From: Neodothiora populina
Taxonomy: Eukaryota
Length of the DNA stretch: 64,000 bases
Direction of reading: 5' to 3'
NCBI RefSeq assembly: GCF_041146345.1
Contig: NW_027191409.1
Location: 1,302,001-1,366,000 of the forward strand
This document shows positions 62,971 to 64,000 of the stretch, piece after piece (the first letter of the stretch is position 1; every line of letters starts with the position of its first letter). The position numbers were made by a program, and so were the translations under genes. Below the pieces are notes generated by a model. That model did not search any database. It was not told the DNA's origin and saw only the letters and a program-made list of their open reading frames with translations.

Positions 62971-64000
62971 TGTTCAATGCTCGTTGAGAGTAGAGAAGAC
63001 ACAAGAACACAAGAACCTCTAGCAGCCACGAGGAAGGGTTGAGTTTGACCATGATGGGCTTCCGTTAAGCTTATGCTTATGACTCTAGTTTTTTCTCCCA
63101 TTGTATGATTACCAACACTCCAATTCGCCGTAGACTATTTCGCTCAGGCTGATGTCAGACTGCAAATAACCCTGATGGATGGTGGAGCCGGACCCCTTCA
63201 CCGTCGCCGAGCGCAAGCTAAAGGACTCTCCGAGAGAAGAGCCGTGGTTTAACGCATGGAAAATGGTAAAATCCCACGAGAATGAACCAACCATCGCGAG
63301 AAATCGGAGGAGCAGAAGATGAGGCGCACGAGTCATCCGCTCACACTGCCATTGTCATTGGATGTAAGTGTCCTCCCTACCTTAATTTGTGTAGATCAGT
63401 CGCGAATCCGCGGTAAGGCTGTGAAGCGCATTCTAGTCTCAATCACGGATTTAAGCAGTATCTACGGTACCTTACTTTGACCACACAGCAGGTAGAGTCT
63501 ACCGTTTGATCACACTATTGTGCATTCGCAAGAACTCTGTCATTTCATGGTACTCGGAAATCCTTCGGAAGGCCTGAACGGGCATGATCGCCCGCAAGTC
63601 ATCAATTTAGACCAAAAGAGGAAGAAAGGAGTAGGTGGTGAGATCCATTGAAGAGGGTCGGACCGAACCGGATGTTTTAGGTACGTCCGACAACAATGGT
63701 CTATCGCAAATGAATTAAGATGGGCAGAGGTAGGTCAAAAGATATATTTATTATTATTGCTAGCTCACATTTCCTTTGCTAGAGCCAGTCTCTCTCGCAT
63801 GAGCAATGCTACATACCGATATACTGTCCATGCTCCCTCCCTGCTCATAGCTTCGCCATGAGTCGCTCCACTTTAGGAGAAGGCCTGTACCATTGTCAAC
63901 TTCGTGTCTCATTACGCAAGAGAAAAGAAGGCAGCGCGTTTGATTGGCTTTAACGATACTTGGAGGGTGCTTCGAGAAGTTTAGGAATATCTTCTGGTTT

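Noticed and set aside
63109..63336. 75-aa minus-strand ORF upstream of the NADH dehydrogenase
   Set aside because: No recognisable motif or codon bias; probably promoter sequence.

Overview
Gene-dense eukaryotic DNA from a filamentous ascomycete: short GT-AG introns of about 50-95 nt with CTRAC-type branch points. A Dothideomycete-like lineage is my inference only. About 18 protein genes could be rebuilt by hand across introns: SERCA-type Ca2+ ATPase (5'-truncated), eIF3m, a conserved hypothetical protein, the Zn2Cys6 regulator PRO1/NosA, a SAM+PH protein, PRP39, gamma-glutamyltranspeptidase, HEL2/ZNF598, a small mitochondrial-type membrane protein just upstream of URA6, URA6, a PAF-acetylhydrolase-family lipase, a PTS1 thioesterase, a BAR-PH-ArfGAP, a YOR1-like ABCC transporter, a divergent non-RD kinase, a VRG4 GDP-mannose transporter, a GNAT, GDB1 and a type II NADH dehydrogenase. 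There is also an intron-containing tRNA-Ser(AGA). I see no CRISPR array, rRNA or recognisable intact transposon. Best leads: (1) a small-ORF/URA6 pair only 98 nt apart (possibly dicistronic or a split fusion); (2) an unannotated TATA-driven spliced transcript with only micro-ORFs, convergent on SERCA; (3) an oversized PRP39 intron with an internal alternative 5' splice site; (4) a TATA box overlapping the first GGT ATG, which implies membrane-anchored versus secreted isoforms, under a GATA cluster; (5) a tRNA-adjacent island of decayed genes including a RING-finger relic. All calls rest on manual reading and motif recognition; no database searches were run.
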